Below, piece after piece: positions 1 through 11,320 of a DNA stretch of 64,000 nt; the stretch's first letter is position 1, and the number at the start of each line of letters is the position of its first letter. The position numbers and the translations under genes are program-made. The notes under the pieces are model-generated. The model was given only the letters and a program-made list of their open reading frames with translations. It was not told the DNA's origin and did no database searches. Where the stretch lies: the NCBI GenBank assembly GCA_046563655.1, contig CM102283.1, positions 248,001 through 312,000 on the forward strand, in the 5' to 3' direction. The stretch comes from Yuukianura sp. NJ FZ-2021 (taxonomy: Eukaryota).

Positions 1-679
1 AAAGAATGTTTATTATTACAGCTCAGTGGTGTCGCACAACGTGGGGAAAACTGAAGGATTCCTACCGTAAGAAGAAGCAACAGCTAATTGGGAAAACAGG
101 TCAGGCTCGAAAAAAAAATCGAAGCTTGGACGTATTTTCATGCACTTCGGTTTATAGATGACTACTACCCATCTGCAAGGTCTGTCACCTTAATAAAATA
201 CTCAACTATCAACAAATGCAATGTATAACTAGGTTTACGATGTTAAATTACAGCACATCTGGAAACTTGGATTCACAAGTTAATGTCCAAGAGGAAGGGG
301 AGGAAACATTGGATGTAAAAGATACTTCGCAACCAATGAATTATATTGTAAGGAATTCAAATACTAGTTTCTAGATAGAAGAATGGCTCCATTCTAAAAT
401 TATTTTCTTTAGGATTCGGAACTTCAGGAAGTCCCTCCAAACGCTAGAAAACGAAAATGGAGTGGAACTAGTCCAAGTGATCGGGTGGAAGCGGAATTCG
501 TGAGATACATAAAGAGACCAAGAATGAATCAAGATGAATTCCATCACTTTGGGATGGACGTTGCTGAACAACTACGCAAAATGGAACCTGAGACATCCTC
601 GTTCCTGAAGTTCCAAATTTCGAAACTGCTGTTTGAATGCAAACATTCCGAAATCACTTTAGTTAATCCGGACACCTGA
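1..679 (+). pseudogene. MADF/Myb-SANT + BESS-like DNA-binding gene of a PIF/Harbinger element (5' part outside window, spliced)
   Basis: WCRTTWGKLKDSYRKK...WTYFHALRFI (MADF C-terminal half) and FGMDVAEQLRKM...FLKFQISKLLFE (BESS-like). One extra A in the run near 110-118 relative to copy B shifts the frame. Confidence 0.7.
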
Positions 680-738
680 ATACACAATCAAAAGGAGGAG
701 TATGGCGCCATACTTGTTAATTATTACCTATTTATTTT

Positions 739-1700
739 CTAATAAGTATTGTATCCGGGTAGTAAAGCTGCTTTTTCGTCTTGCCAAGAAACCTTTCCGT
801 TTTGAGAGATGAAATGATCAGCCAAGTTGTCACGCATTTGTTTAGCAGAGTTTGTCGCATTATGTGAGCCAGAAAACTTAACAGGAGTCAAGATTACATT
901 TGCGGATGTTTCAATTCTCCAACCTCCGTTTCGTTCGTCATCTGTGTCCACATAACCAGGGGGACAGTACATTCGGCTGGAGGGTTGCAGGCCCTCCTCT
1001 TGCTTCCTCACGAAATTATGAAGAACTGTTGTACCTGAAAATTTTAGGACTAGTTTCTATGTCTAGTTTAGCATGGAGCCATGCTGTAGTCATACGGATT
1101 TACGTCCTACCTCTTACAATCCTTTTCACTTGAGTATCGTCTGCGTACAGGCGGCGTTGAAAAATTCGATAGCGGATGACCATTATCCCAAATGTATTTT
1201 CTATAATACGGCGAGCACGGGACAGTCTATAATTGAAAATTCGTTTTCTAGCATCCTTGATAACTCCTGCATATGGTCGCATCATAAAGTCTGACAATGC
1301 AAAGGCTTCATCTCCCACAAGAGTACACGGCTGAACTAAATTCGTATTTGGGAATCTTCGATCGGAGGGAATGTCGACGGAGCCTGCAATTTAGCAAAAT
1401 TAAACTGAAATTAACTTTTTATTAAGTGAGTGTGGCTCCACACTGGACTCTTTTTTTAAATTACCTTGTAGTAGGCCTTTCCCAAGTGCTGAATTTTGGA
1501 ATATCCCACCATCACTTTGCCGGCCGTACGCTCCGATGTCAACAAATGTAAAGTTATAATCCGCGTCACAAGTCGCAAGCAGAACGATACTGAAAGAGCC
1601 CTTGTAATTGTGATAGTTTGTATCTTGTTTTGATATCTTTGGTGCAATGAGGTTGAGCAGTATATCAAAAGTGGATGGTGTCATCCTTGTATACTGAAAA
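739..1700 (-). pseudogene. PIF/Harbinger (HARBI1-like) DDE transposase, spliced, internally deleted and 5'-truncated
   Basis: Motifs [72 protein letters not shown] introns at ~1035-1110 and ~1385-1466 join the ORF pieces. [10 protein letters not shown] lacks the usual intervening region. Confidence 0.85.
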
Positions 1701-2094
1701 AAATGTTCTGGTTGGTTTTAGTTTTTCGAGGTTTGTGGTTGGTTTCGGTTTTTTCCCATTCTCTATTGAATCCCTCTCCTGCTGTGTCTTAACAGGGTAA
1801 ATATGGAAATGGATGGAGATTCAGCGCCGCTGGAAGTCTGGCTCAGGTGGACGTCCACAACTCAAAACCTTAAGAAAAGATGAAGGAAATGGAAATGAGA
1901 AATAAGAAAACATTTTTTGAAAAACATATTTGAAAGGGGCCTTTTGTTTCATTTTTGTTTGATTTAGGACGCCTTGACTAAATACAAATTAAAATTTCAA
2001 CGAGGAAGTGGACATGTTGTGGGTTTTAGAAGAAAATAAATTCTAAAAAGTCATTCCCAAATGCACATTTTCTCTTCCTCTGTATTTTACTTGT

Positions 2095-2749
2095 GGTTAG
2101 ATTGTCGTTGTTGGGGCAGTGAAAAGTTTTTCTGTTTTTTTGGTCAAAATTTTCGAAAAATTTTTTTTTCGTTTTTTTCACTTTTTATCATGTTTCAAAC
2201 GTTTTTGGAACGTTTGGAGCAAAAAAAATTTTTTGACCCTAAGGGTCCCCCCTTCCCATTTTTTTGAAAATCTTGACTCGAAAATTTTCAAAGTACGAAA
2301 ACTGAAGTGGTCACCCCTGACAACCTCAAAAATGACCCTTACGAAAGTTGTTTAGAATCATGAGGTGAGTATTTTTTGTCCTAAGGACTATGACCCTACG
2401 ACCACTCCCTGAGATCAGAGGTCAACACAAAGAAAAATTGGGGAAATGTTCGCATTGACCTCTGACCTCAACGAATGGTCGTAGGGTCATAGTCCATAGG
2501 ACAAAAAATACTCACCTCATGATTCTAAACAACTTTTGTAAGGGTCATTTTTGAGGTTGTCAGGTGTGACCACTTCAGTTTTCGTACTTTGAAAATTTTC
2601 GAGTCAAGATTTTCAAAAAAATGGGAAGGGGGACCCTTAGGGTCAAAAATTTTTTTCTTAAAAAGTGAAAAAAACGAAAAAAAAATTTTCGGAAATTTTG
2701 ACCAAAAAACAGAGAAAATTTTCACTGCCCCAACAACGACAATTTAACC
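2095..2749. mobile_element. Fold-back MITE with long inverted arms and 8-bp TSD (Merlin-like)
   Basis: GGTTAGATTGTCGTTGTTGGGGCAGT...ACTGCCCCAACAACGACAATTTAACC, ~300-bp arms. TTACTTGT directly repeated at 2087-2094 and 2750-2757. Confidence 0.85.
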
Positions 2750-2777
2750 TTACTTGTTTTGGAAATGGAAATATTGG

Positions 2778-3460
2778 GGTTAGATTATCGTTGTTGTGCT
2801 AGTTCAAATTTTTTCTAAGTTTTTTGGTCAAAATTTTCACAAAATTTTTTTTTCGTTTTTTTCACTTTTTATCACTTTTCAAACGTTTTTGGAACGTTTG
2901 GAGCAAAAAAAATTTTTTGACCCCAAGGGTCCCCCCTTCTCACTTTTTTGAAAATCAGGAGTCGAAAATTTTCCAAGTACAAAAAACTGAAGTGGTCACA
3001 CATGACAACCTCAGAAATGACCTATGAAAGTTGTTCGGAATCATGAGGGGAGTATTTTTTGTCCTATGAACTATGGTCCTACGACCACTCCCTGAGGTCA
3101 AAGGTCAACGGAAAGAAAAATTGGGGAAATGTTTGTGCTGACCTCTGACCTCAATGAGTGGTCGTAGGGTCATAGTCCATAGGACAAAAAATTCTTCCCT
3201 CATGATTCTGAACAAGTTTCACAGGGGTCATTTTTGAGGTTGTCAGGGGTGTCCAATTCAGTTTGCGGACTTGGAAAATTTGTGAGTCCAGATTTTCAAA
3301 AAATGAGAAGAGGGACACTTGGGGTCAAAAAATTTTTGCTCCAAACGTTCCAAAACGTTTGAAACGTGATAAAAAGTGAAAAAACGAAAAAAAATTTTTC
3401 GAAAGTTTTGACCAAAAAACTTAGAAAAATTTGAACTACCCCAACAACGATAATCTAACC
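2778..3460. mobile_element. Second fold-back MITE of the same family, 8-bp TSD
   Basis: GGTTAGATTATCGTTG...CAACGATAATCTAACC. AATATTGG at 2770-2777 and 3461-3468. Confidence 0.85.
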
Positions 3461-5459
3461 AATATTGGAATGGTTTTACAAATGTAAAGATCAAAATCCT
3501 GTTTTCTCTGTTGGGTTACGAATCTAGCATTAGCATTCCTCAATTTTAGAAGTTAGTTAGAGTTTAGAAGTATGATTAAGTTATACAAAAATGAGGAAAC
3601 GAGATACATGTTTTTTTTGTCAAAGAAATGGTAACCAGATTCACAAAACCTAAACGTTACTTTTTGTATTTTTCTTCTTTTTTCTTCCTGTTTTGTGTCT
3701 CCAGATCCGAGGGGAGATTATTTTTTTGAATAGCCCCCAGCCACCTCCCAACTAGTGGCTTGGAATCTCTGTGATCTTAAAAGAGCCAGTTCTAATCTGT
3801 ACATGTACAATCTCATCCTGCTGACAATTCCCTCGGAACTAGTTGTCTCACTTCCTCACTCCAAAACCACTTTACAACATAACTTTAAACTAAACACTCC
3901 AAAAGTTTAATAGAAATATAATATAAGTTCTTTAGATTTTAGTGTTAGAAATGATGAGAAAAGAGTTTAAAAGAGACAGCTACAAATTGCGGAGAGAAAT
4001 TGATAGGTGTTTTAGGAGAAAAAGTAATTAGGAGAGGACGATAGAATGCCATGGGGGCACATTAAACCAAAACTACAAAACTAATCACTTCCACTTCACC
4101 CGAAACACCACTTTCTTGCTTCCTAATTCCATTCTAAATCAGAAACTTCACATTTGTATCTTCACTTTCCCTGGATCTTAAACTTTTCAGTATAATTTCT
4201 TAGTGCCCTAATTCCTGGCCTACAAGTTGCGACTTATCTGAGAAATTCCGAACATTTTTGAAAACAAATTTTTTTTTCGCTGAAAACTAAAGAATTTTGT
4301 TAAAAATTTGCCGGAATTGCCGGTAAATGTTTTAAATCCTATTAAAACGGGTTTCATCTAATGTTAATTCATCAAATCCAGCATTTTTGACACGGTTCTG
4401 GTGTCTGGCGAATCAAATTTGCACGAATTCGTGCATAATTAAAAGATGTTTTGAGGAAACTGGGAATAATTTTACTTTCACTAGGTAACTCGGATTTTTA
4501 TAATTTCTTTCTGAAAAAAATTAACCTAACCTACCAACATTGTTTAAGCCCTTTAAAACGTAACCGAGTTAAGTTGTAAGAAAAAAAATTTACATGAGCC
4601 CTTATGGGGACATTTCAATTTTCAAACTTTTTTAAAAATTTCAGTTTTTGAGAGTATAGTAAAAAAAATATATATATTCCTGGTCAGGGGAGTAGATATG
4701 TAGACATGATCCAGACGCCAGGTGCTAAAAGCATTAGGCGGGGAAAGGAGGGGGAAGGGAAAGGTGACGTGGGAGGTCCCCCCTCCCTTGAGGTATTAAA
4801 GGAGAGCCCACGGGCAGTGTGTGGATATACCCACGTATCATTATGTGTAATACCAGCGGGCTATAGATTAACCACCCCACATAGTATGTTGCAAATTTCA
4901 TCAAAAATGTTTCTTCAAGTTCGAATTCCATTCCAAAACATATTCTACGAGATGACGTAATTACACATTGGTCAACACTTGTAGTAGTACTTAAACAGGG
5001 AGTTTTGAAAATAGCAATCTCAGTTCTGAAGTCGAAGCTGTAACATTCCTTTTCCATATTAGTTCTCGAGAGATGGAAGAGGTGAAGCATGAAATTGCTC
5101 TCCGAGTTAGAGGTATCCCGTGGAATAGACGTCCAAAAAAGTGTCCTGGATTTTATATATTTCCAATTTGTTTGCAACAAAACTTGTCGATGTTTAAAAT
5201 TCACGAAGAGTACAAAGCGCTTCCAGTTACTCGAATATGTGATCACACTCGATGTAATTACAGTGGTGAATACGACTACTTGATCGAAAAACTATTTGGA
5301 GATGGAGTATTTAAACCAGCTGATTTGGAGGAAATTATGGACGAAATTTCCCGGCTCCGAACGTTTAAAAATACTATTGCAAATATATGCAATGTTGTGG
5401 ATTCGTTTTGCGAAAGGGTAATGCTGCAACAGCCGAACCATATTCCCTAGTTCCTGGAT

Positions 5460-6038
5460 ATGACTTTTCTAGAAGCAAGGAAGCTCCTTACACCTTACCA
5501 TGTAATGGCTGGAAGTGGAATTTATAAGGTTGACAAACTTGTAGCAGACTTGCACAATAAGAAGAACTACATCCTCCACAGTGAAACTCTAAGAGAATAC
5601 TGCAAGCTGGGTGTGAAAGTCTCCAAAATTCATCGCGTACTTTCATTTAGACAAGTGGCTTGGATGAAGCCGTTCATAGATTTTAACACTGAGATGAGAA
5701 AAAAGGCTACGAGCGACTTTGAAAAAGACTTCTGGAAATTGCTAAACAATTCTGCATTTGGAAAAACAATTGAACAGGTTCGTGATAGACAAAACGTTCG
5801 AATTGTTACAGACAGACAAAAGGCGTTGTTCTATAACAAAAAACCTACTGTACAAAATATTGTCGTTGTGAATGAATCTACTTGTTTGTTTATGATGAAG
5901 AAAAAATCAGTCAACCTAAACAAACCAATTTTCACCGGTGTTGCAATTTTGGAAATTGCCAAAAAAATAATGTACGAAATGCACTACCAAGGAATTAAAA
6001 CCCTCTACGGGGATCGAGAAGTTTTACTCTATACAGAC
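5460..6038 (+). pseudogene. Protein-primed family B DNA polymerase fragment (Polinton pPolB)
   Basis: WMKPFIDFNT...EKDFWKLLNNSAFGKT, LNKPIFTGVAILEIAK..MY, LLYTD. Homology stops inside the YTDTDS motif at an LTR, and the N-terminal exonuclease region is absent. Confidence 0.9.
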
Positions 6039-6557
6039 TGCAACAACCCCGCAGTCCCTGAGACCAAAACTGTGATTTCCTCTACAGGGAAATCTACAGT
6101 TCAGGTCGAATCTTCCTGGAGAGAAGATTTGACCTGAGGTCAACAATACTTGGTTCTCCTAATGTGCCAACATCAACTGAGAAATGAACTGGTCGGAAAC
6201 AACAAAGTGAACTAATGGAATAAACTTTTATTTAGGTGTTCACTTGTTGAAGGTTGGGAAGAGACTCCCGCTACAGAAAAATGTGAAAAAGAATATTTCT
6301 GTATCCTATCTCGAGAACATAGTCCTACTACTCTACCTATTCCTGGCTACTCGGTTTCCTCCGGAGTTCCGAATCCGTCCTTCGTCAGTCCTTCTCCGCT
6401 TCATATTGCGCCCGGGAAATGCGCCTCCATCAGCGCGACCCTCATGCACGGTCCTCCGACCTCGACCAGCGGATACAATCTTCGTCTTCTTGTCGCCTCG
6501 TTTCCACTCCACACGTCTGGAATTAACAAAACAGCATGCAGAATTTCCAGATTGACA
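6039..6557 (-). mobile_element. Putative 3' LTR (519 bp) of a retrotransposon inserted into pPolB
   Basis: Minus strand: purine tract AAAAGAAGGGAGAAACTTAAGAAGAAA, then TGTCAA...GTTGCA, with an internal AATAAA. The edge coincides with the pPolB break. No partner LTR is present. Confidence 0.6.
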
Positions 6558-8330
6558 TTTCTTCTTAAGTTTCTCCCTTCTTTTGACATTCATTTTATGA
6601 GTCAAAGGATTTCTCTTTTCTGGACGTTGTTCAAAATAGATTTGCCGGTTTTGTTTTCTATTCAGAGTATTCCTTGCGTCCGGTTCTTGGTTGAATTTAG
6701 GACAATCGTGTCTGTTGTGCCCGTTTGAAAAACAAAGATAACAAACAAGTGAATCTTTGTAACTTGGCTTTTGAATTGATGCAGGAACTGTCACCACTTG
6801 TCTCTCGTTTTGTTGGATGCTGATCTGCAACTCGTCAGTTAGATCTTCCATATCCTCGTCAGCATGAATCTGCAGATATTCTGTCAATGATGGAAGCTGT
6901 ACAGTAAACGTTGGTTGGATGTCGGTTATTACGTCTTGTTGTGCCGGTTTAGTTTGAATTAAAGTGACGTTTCGACTGCTTGTCACTTTCGTTGGTTTGT
7001 CCGCACTTTGAGTGTTGTTGACACTTTTAGCAGAAGACGGCAATGACTTTGACCTCTTGTCATCTTCTTTAGCAGCGATGTTTCGAGTAGTGGTCACTTC
7101 CATTGGTCTCTCAACAATTTCAGTAGTTTTGTTACTTCTAGTAGACGTTGGTACTAATTTAGACTGCATGTCATCTTTCTTGTTACTTGCATTGGAATCC
7201 TTCTGTGAGCCAAAGAAGTAGTTGACTTTTTGTTTAAGTACATCGTAGTTGTACTTGTCATACTTTCTAGTAATTTTCACCAGATCGTCAGCTCGTTCCC
7301 ATGCCATTGAATTTTTTCGCAGAAAATCTTGAATTCCTGCTTGATTGTGGGATCTTGTGGTACGAATGGGGCAGTTGTTTGCCAATTCAAGTAAAGTTGT
7401 ATCTGACATGATAAATTTCGGTTCCACATTTTTCCTTTTGGCCAATTCTTGTCTCCATTTGTACAAGTCATCAAACAAACTGCTTTGACTGACAATTGTT
7501 TCACGAACTTTGACGACTGTGTAAATCTCCTTATTATAGTTTGCAGTATATCCTTTTTCGAATGTTTTCTTGTTTCTTGCAATCAAAACCCTGTCTCCCT
7601 CATAGAATTTTGAAGGTGTATATAACACAATTCGTTCTGGATATAGCGTATTGTACACTTTTGCTTCGTTTGCTTTTGTGACTTCGTTTGGCTTCATTTT
7701 TATGCTGCGATGATACGAATTGTTGTATAAATTTTCAAAATCATGAAGTTTATTTACAAATCGCTTGGTGTTATTGTGTGTCATGTAGCGTTGAATTTTT
7801 TCAAACAATGTACGAATGAATCTCTCGATGACAACACTTTTCAGAGGCGAATAACTCCAAAACAGTTTGATTCCTAACCCGCTTATGTATTTTTCCATCG
7901 TTTTGTTTAAGAACTCTCCGCCCTTATCAACATTTATTCGTTTTGGTATGGCACCGCTTCGTTGAAGAATTTTCTTTAAAGCGTTTGTTACAGTCATAGC
8001 AGTCTTATTTGGTATAGCTTCAATCCATGCTTGCTTGGAAAAAGCGTCAATGATGACGAGGAGGTACTTTTTTTTGAAGTTGTAATTTGCAAATTTTCTA
8101 ATATCCTTCAGATCCATTGCGTATTGTTCATGTATTTCGTTGGAGTAGACCCTACGGCTCAAAAATCGCCGTGTCACAGGGTAATGCAAGGTGTAGGCGG
8201 GCACTGACTTTAAACGCTACTGTGCAATTTTCCGTCTCGCTTTACCCCCCTTGGGCAAAAAGTGTGACAGTCCGCTAAAGCTGCCAGAGTTCTCCAAATT
8301 CCTCCAACGCTCTGTCACCTTCCTTTCCAT
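6333..8330 (-). CDS. Chimeric ORF: Polinton rve integrase (DDE core) fused in frame to retroelement-derived HRDC + CCHC zinc knuckle
   Basis: AMDL / NVDKGGEF / VIERFIRT triad and FEKGYTANY, then LYKWRQELAKRKNVEPKFIMSDTTLLELA (HRDC) and CYLCFSNGHNRHDC. The in-frame ATG at 8330 is followed by a TAG at 8217-8219. Confidence 0.8.
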
Positions 8331-8393
8331 GATCAAGAGTGATAAAAGCTGACAGCGCAAAGCAATATTTAATCAGTCAGAAAGCAGTCAGAC

Positions 8394-9050
8394 ATGGAAT
8401 TCGACTATCGTCTTCGACGTCCATTTGTGATGACGTGTGCAGGACCTACTCAGGCTGGAAAATCAACGCTAATTGAGGAACTGATAAGAAGAAAAGATGA
8501 ACTAATATTCCCAAGGATTGAGAAAGTTATATTCTGTTACAATGAGGATGAACCTGCTTTTGCAGACAGTTTAAAGAAGCAGCTCGGAGACTCACGCATA
8601 CATTTCCAAAAAGGAATTGTACTAGATGTTGAGGAAGGAAACAAGACTCCCACTTTAGTAGTTCTAGATGACTTTATGGAAGAAGCATCCACATCCAAGG
8701 ACGTTTGCAGCATGGTAACACGAGGTTCCAGCCACGGCAACTTCAGTGTTATTTTGACGCTGCAAAACTTCTTTTACAAAAACTGTCGTACTTTGACTCT
8801 AAACAGCAAGTACATTGCACTATTTCGAAATCCCAGAGACACAAGCATCATCAATTATCTTAGCCGTCAAATGAATGGAGGCAAGGATCATCCAATATTA
8901 GCAGCGGCATATGAAGATGCTACCAAAAACAAGCCAAATAGCTATCTATTTTTAGACATGTCCCAACAACAAAATGATGAACACAGAATACGCTCTGAAA
9001 TATTTCCAGATTCAACTTGTATTGTTTATTTACATCGGAAAAATTATTGA
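8394..9050 (+). CDS. Polinton DNA-packaging ATPase (A32/FtsK-HerA type)
   Basis: Walker A GPTQAGKS, Walker B LVVLDDFM, SVILTLQNFF, LFRNPRD. Intact, 218 aa. Confidence 0.92.
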   Translation: MEFDYRLRRPFVMTCAGPTQAGKSTLIEELIRRKDELIFPRIEKVIFCYNEDEPAFADSLKKQLGDSRIHFQKGIVLDVEEGNKTPTLVVLDDFMEEASTSKDVCSMVTRGSSHGNFSVILTLQNFFYKNCRTLTLNSKYIALFRNPRDTSIINYLSRQMNGGKDHPILAAAYEDATKNKPNSYLFLDMSQQQNDEHRIRSEIFPDSTCIVYLHRKNY

Positions 9051-9409
9051 ACGTGTTTCTTAAGTTCTAACATTGCTTGTAATAAACAATTAAACAATTC
9101 CAATTTCATGCTGACTCCAACGATTCCTTCGACCGGATTCCTAATGTTAATGTGGGTGGCGGCTGGGGACGCTATACCAACCTCGTCTCCAAGATATACC
9201 ATCCAGCCATCGTCCAAATGTACTTGGGGGGCTGGGTATGGCTTTGAAGCAGAGGTTTTAATTTCAACTAGAGTAGGGATGATTACGGTTCCCTTGATGG
9301 CAGATTTGACGTTCCGCTTCTTTAATCGCTTCAGTCTTGGCGGATTTGGTGCTTTGACGTGCTGAACTTCGTATTCAAAGGTTGGTGATGGAGAACGAGA
9401 CTTTTCCAT
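9044..9409 (-). CDS. Hypothetical Polinton protein (121 aa)
   Basis: ATG-initiated ORF, intact in both copies, convergent with the ATPase. No motif recognised. Confidence 0.5.
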   Translation of the reverse strand: MEKSRSPSPTFEYEVQHVKAPNPPRLKRLKKRNVKSAIKGTVIIPTLVEIKTSASKPYPAPQVHLDDGWMVYLGDEVGIASPAATHINIRNPVEGIVGVSMKLELFNCLLQAMLELKKHVQ

Positions 9410-9641
9410 TTTATTAACACCACAATTCAGAGAACACGACTTGCAAATGTTGATTGTTGTAGAGGATTTTTTTTGTGAAAAGAAATTAGAAAAATCTTGT
9501 AATCGCAGAGCAAGTACAGCTCATGACCAACACAAGTGACGAACTAACGAAAAATTTCAATTTCTGACTATTGAAATACCTTATTTTCACCATCAATGTT
9601 AGTCATGACGTCAGTCAAGCTTTGTCACGTGAGGAGTCACA

Positions 9642-9897
9642 ATGTCTGAGAAGATTAAGTCCAACAAACGTTTTTTAAAATACATTTCCAGTTGTACACC
9701 GGCTCAGCGAGAAGCGTTATTACGTCATGCCACCCCAGACGAGATAAAGAGTCTTTGTGAGTGCGTCATGAATGCGTACCGCAAAAACGTTTCCCTAACA
9801 CCATCTGTCGTTGCTAAACTCAAACCGTTCCGTGGCACAATAACGAAAATTGCAAGGTATCCAAAGCAATCAATTCGCAAACAAAGATTGCTTTTAA
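9642..9897 (+). pseudogene. Small conserved Polinton protein, truncated by piggyBac MITE
   Basis: Nearly identical to 38482..38811 up to the TTAA at 9894-9897. Confidence 0.75.
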
Positions 9898-10333
9898 CCT
9901 TTTCGCGACGGGGTCATTAGAACCGAGTGCGTTTGTTGGACGGGGGACCCATTTTGGGGTTCTCCCTACTCGTACATCTCAGACGGGTAACCAAATCGTA
10001 GACTGATTCCACCAGACGGGGGCTCTTTTTCTAAGCAACAAATCTCATTACAGTCTCTACCCATCAATCGAATCTCTCATTTCAATCACTATATTTATTA
10101 AATAATATTATTATGTATTATATAATATTAAATAATATTATACGTTATATTATACTCTATTATATATGTTATATAATATTACATAATATACTACATATTA
10201 CATATATAGTATGTAATAGAAAAATACAGTTATATAATAAGCATATAATATAATAACATTTTATTATTATTATATTATATATAATATAGTGTTATGATAT
10301 TATATGCTCATATATTATAACATATATGATATA
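9898..10333. mobile_element. Partial piggyBac-type MITE
   Basis: TTAA followed by CCTTTTCGCGACGGG. Reverse-complement match to the right half of 54249..55167, including the AT-rich core. Confidence 0.85.
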
Positions 10334-10872
10334 CAGTGAGTGCCACGAAAACCTGCACACCTCCATAGTAATTATTTTGTTTATTTTTCAAAATCTGGGG
10401 GGAAAACTTGCACAAAACAACCTAACAAAAAATCTGTGCCTAAATACAAATTTGAAAACTAACTAGATTTCATGCTCGAAGTGCTTCCCTTCAGCTACGA
10501 TGCAGTATTCTAAGCGATCATAAAATGCTCGCCGAGCATTTCGAAGTGTATCAGGAGTGATGGCGGCGAAAGCATCTCGGATTCTTTGCTCCAAGTGCTG
10601 AATTGTAGGGCTACGTACCAAAAAGACTTGGTGTTTTACAATGCCCCAAATGCAAAAATCCAGAGGTGAAAGGTCAGGAGACCTTGCAGGCCAAGGAATT
10701 GGCCCATCCCTTCCTATCCATCTTCCAGGAAATGCATCGTCCAGATATGATCGTACATCTTTCAGCCAATGCGCAGGAGCTCCATCCTGCTGAAAGTAAA
10801 TTTCTTCGTCGCCTGCAATTTGCTCCAGTGCTGGTCCAATTTCATTTTGAAGCATATTCAAGTATCCTATCC
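10334..10872 (-). mobile_element. Tc1/mariner DD41D (rosa-type) 3' fragment; transposase C-terminus at 10463..10861
   Basis: TA|CAGTG terminus. FQQDGAPAH...RWIGR...WPARSPDLSPLDF, with 41 residues between the last two catalytic Asp. Confidence 0.85.
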
Positions 10873-11320
10873 AAGTAATGAGTCAGTTGAGGGAAAGTGG
10901 TGTGGTGCCAGAAGATCTAGAGCACTATTAGGAACCAGAGACACCGACAACATCGCCAGAATATGACACCCCGGAGGTGCCAGGGGAGACTCCATGGCAT
11001 GATCACGTGCAAGAACGACGTGGAAAAGGTGTCCGGAGACGTTTATCGCAAACATGGGAGGAAATTGAGAATGCTGGAGCCTACAGTTAGGGAGGGGAAG
11101 GCCAGGCCCTCCCCCCGGGCTACTTTGGAGAATTCAGCGGGCCATGTTTAGATTAACCCACGGACAATAGAATTCCGATACAAGGGTTAAATTTCCAAGC
11201 ATTCCTACGTGCAATTGAGGGAATTCGGCGAAACCACTGTGAAAAATACCCACGCGCCATGTTTGCTATTTAATTGGTTGTTTTGTGTTTAATCGAACTA
11301 GTTACTTGCTAGACTTTACA

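Noticed and set aside
2061-3494. Several 66-78-aa F/K-rich ORFs (also 30953..32193)
   Set aside because: They are translations of MITE inverted arms with homopolymer runs that differ in frame between copies.
4736-4830. G-rich/C-rich hairpin followed by TACCCACG, echoed at ~11089-11255
   Set aside because: Only two loosely similar instances; a regulatory call cannot be supported.
4706-5450. ORFs upstream of pPolB as its N-terminus
   Set aside because: No exonuclease or polymerase motifs recognised, and the frames differ between copies. Left unassigned.
10085-10333. Extreme AT-rich tract as replication origin (also ~54660-54975)
   Set aside because: It is the internal low-complexity core of the piggyBac MITE.
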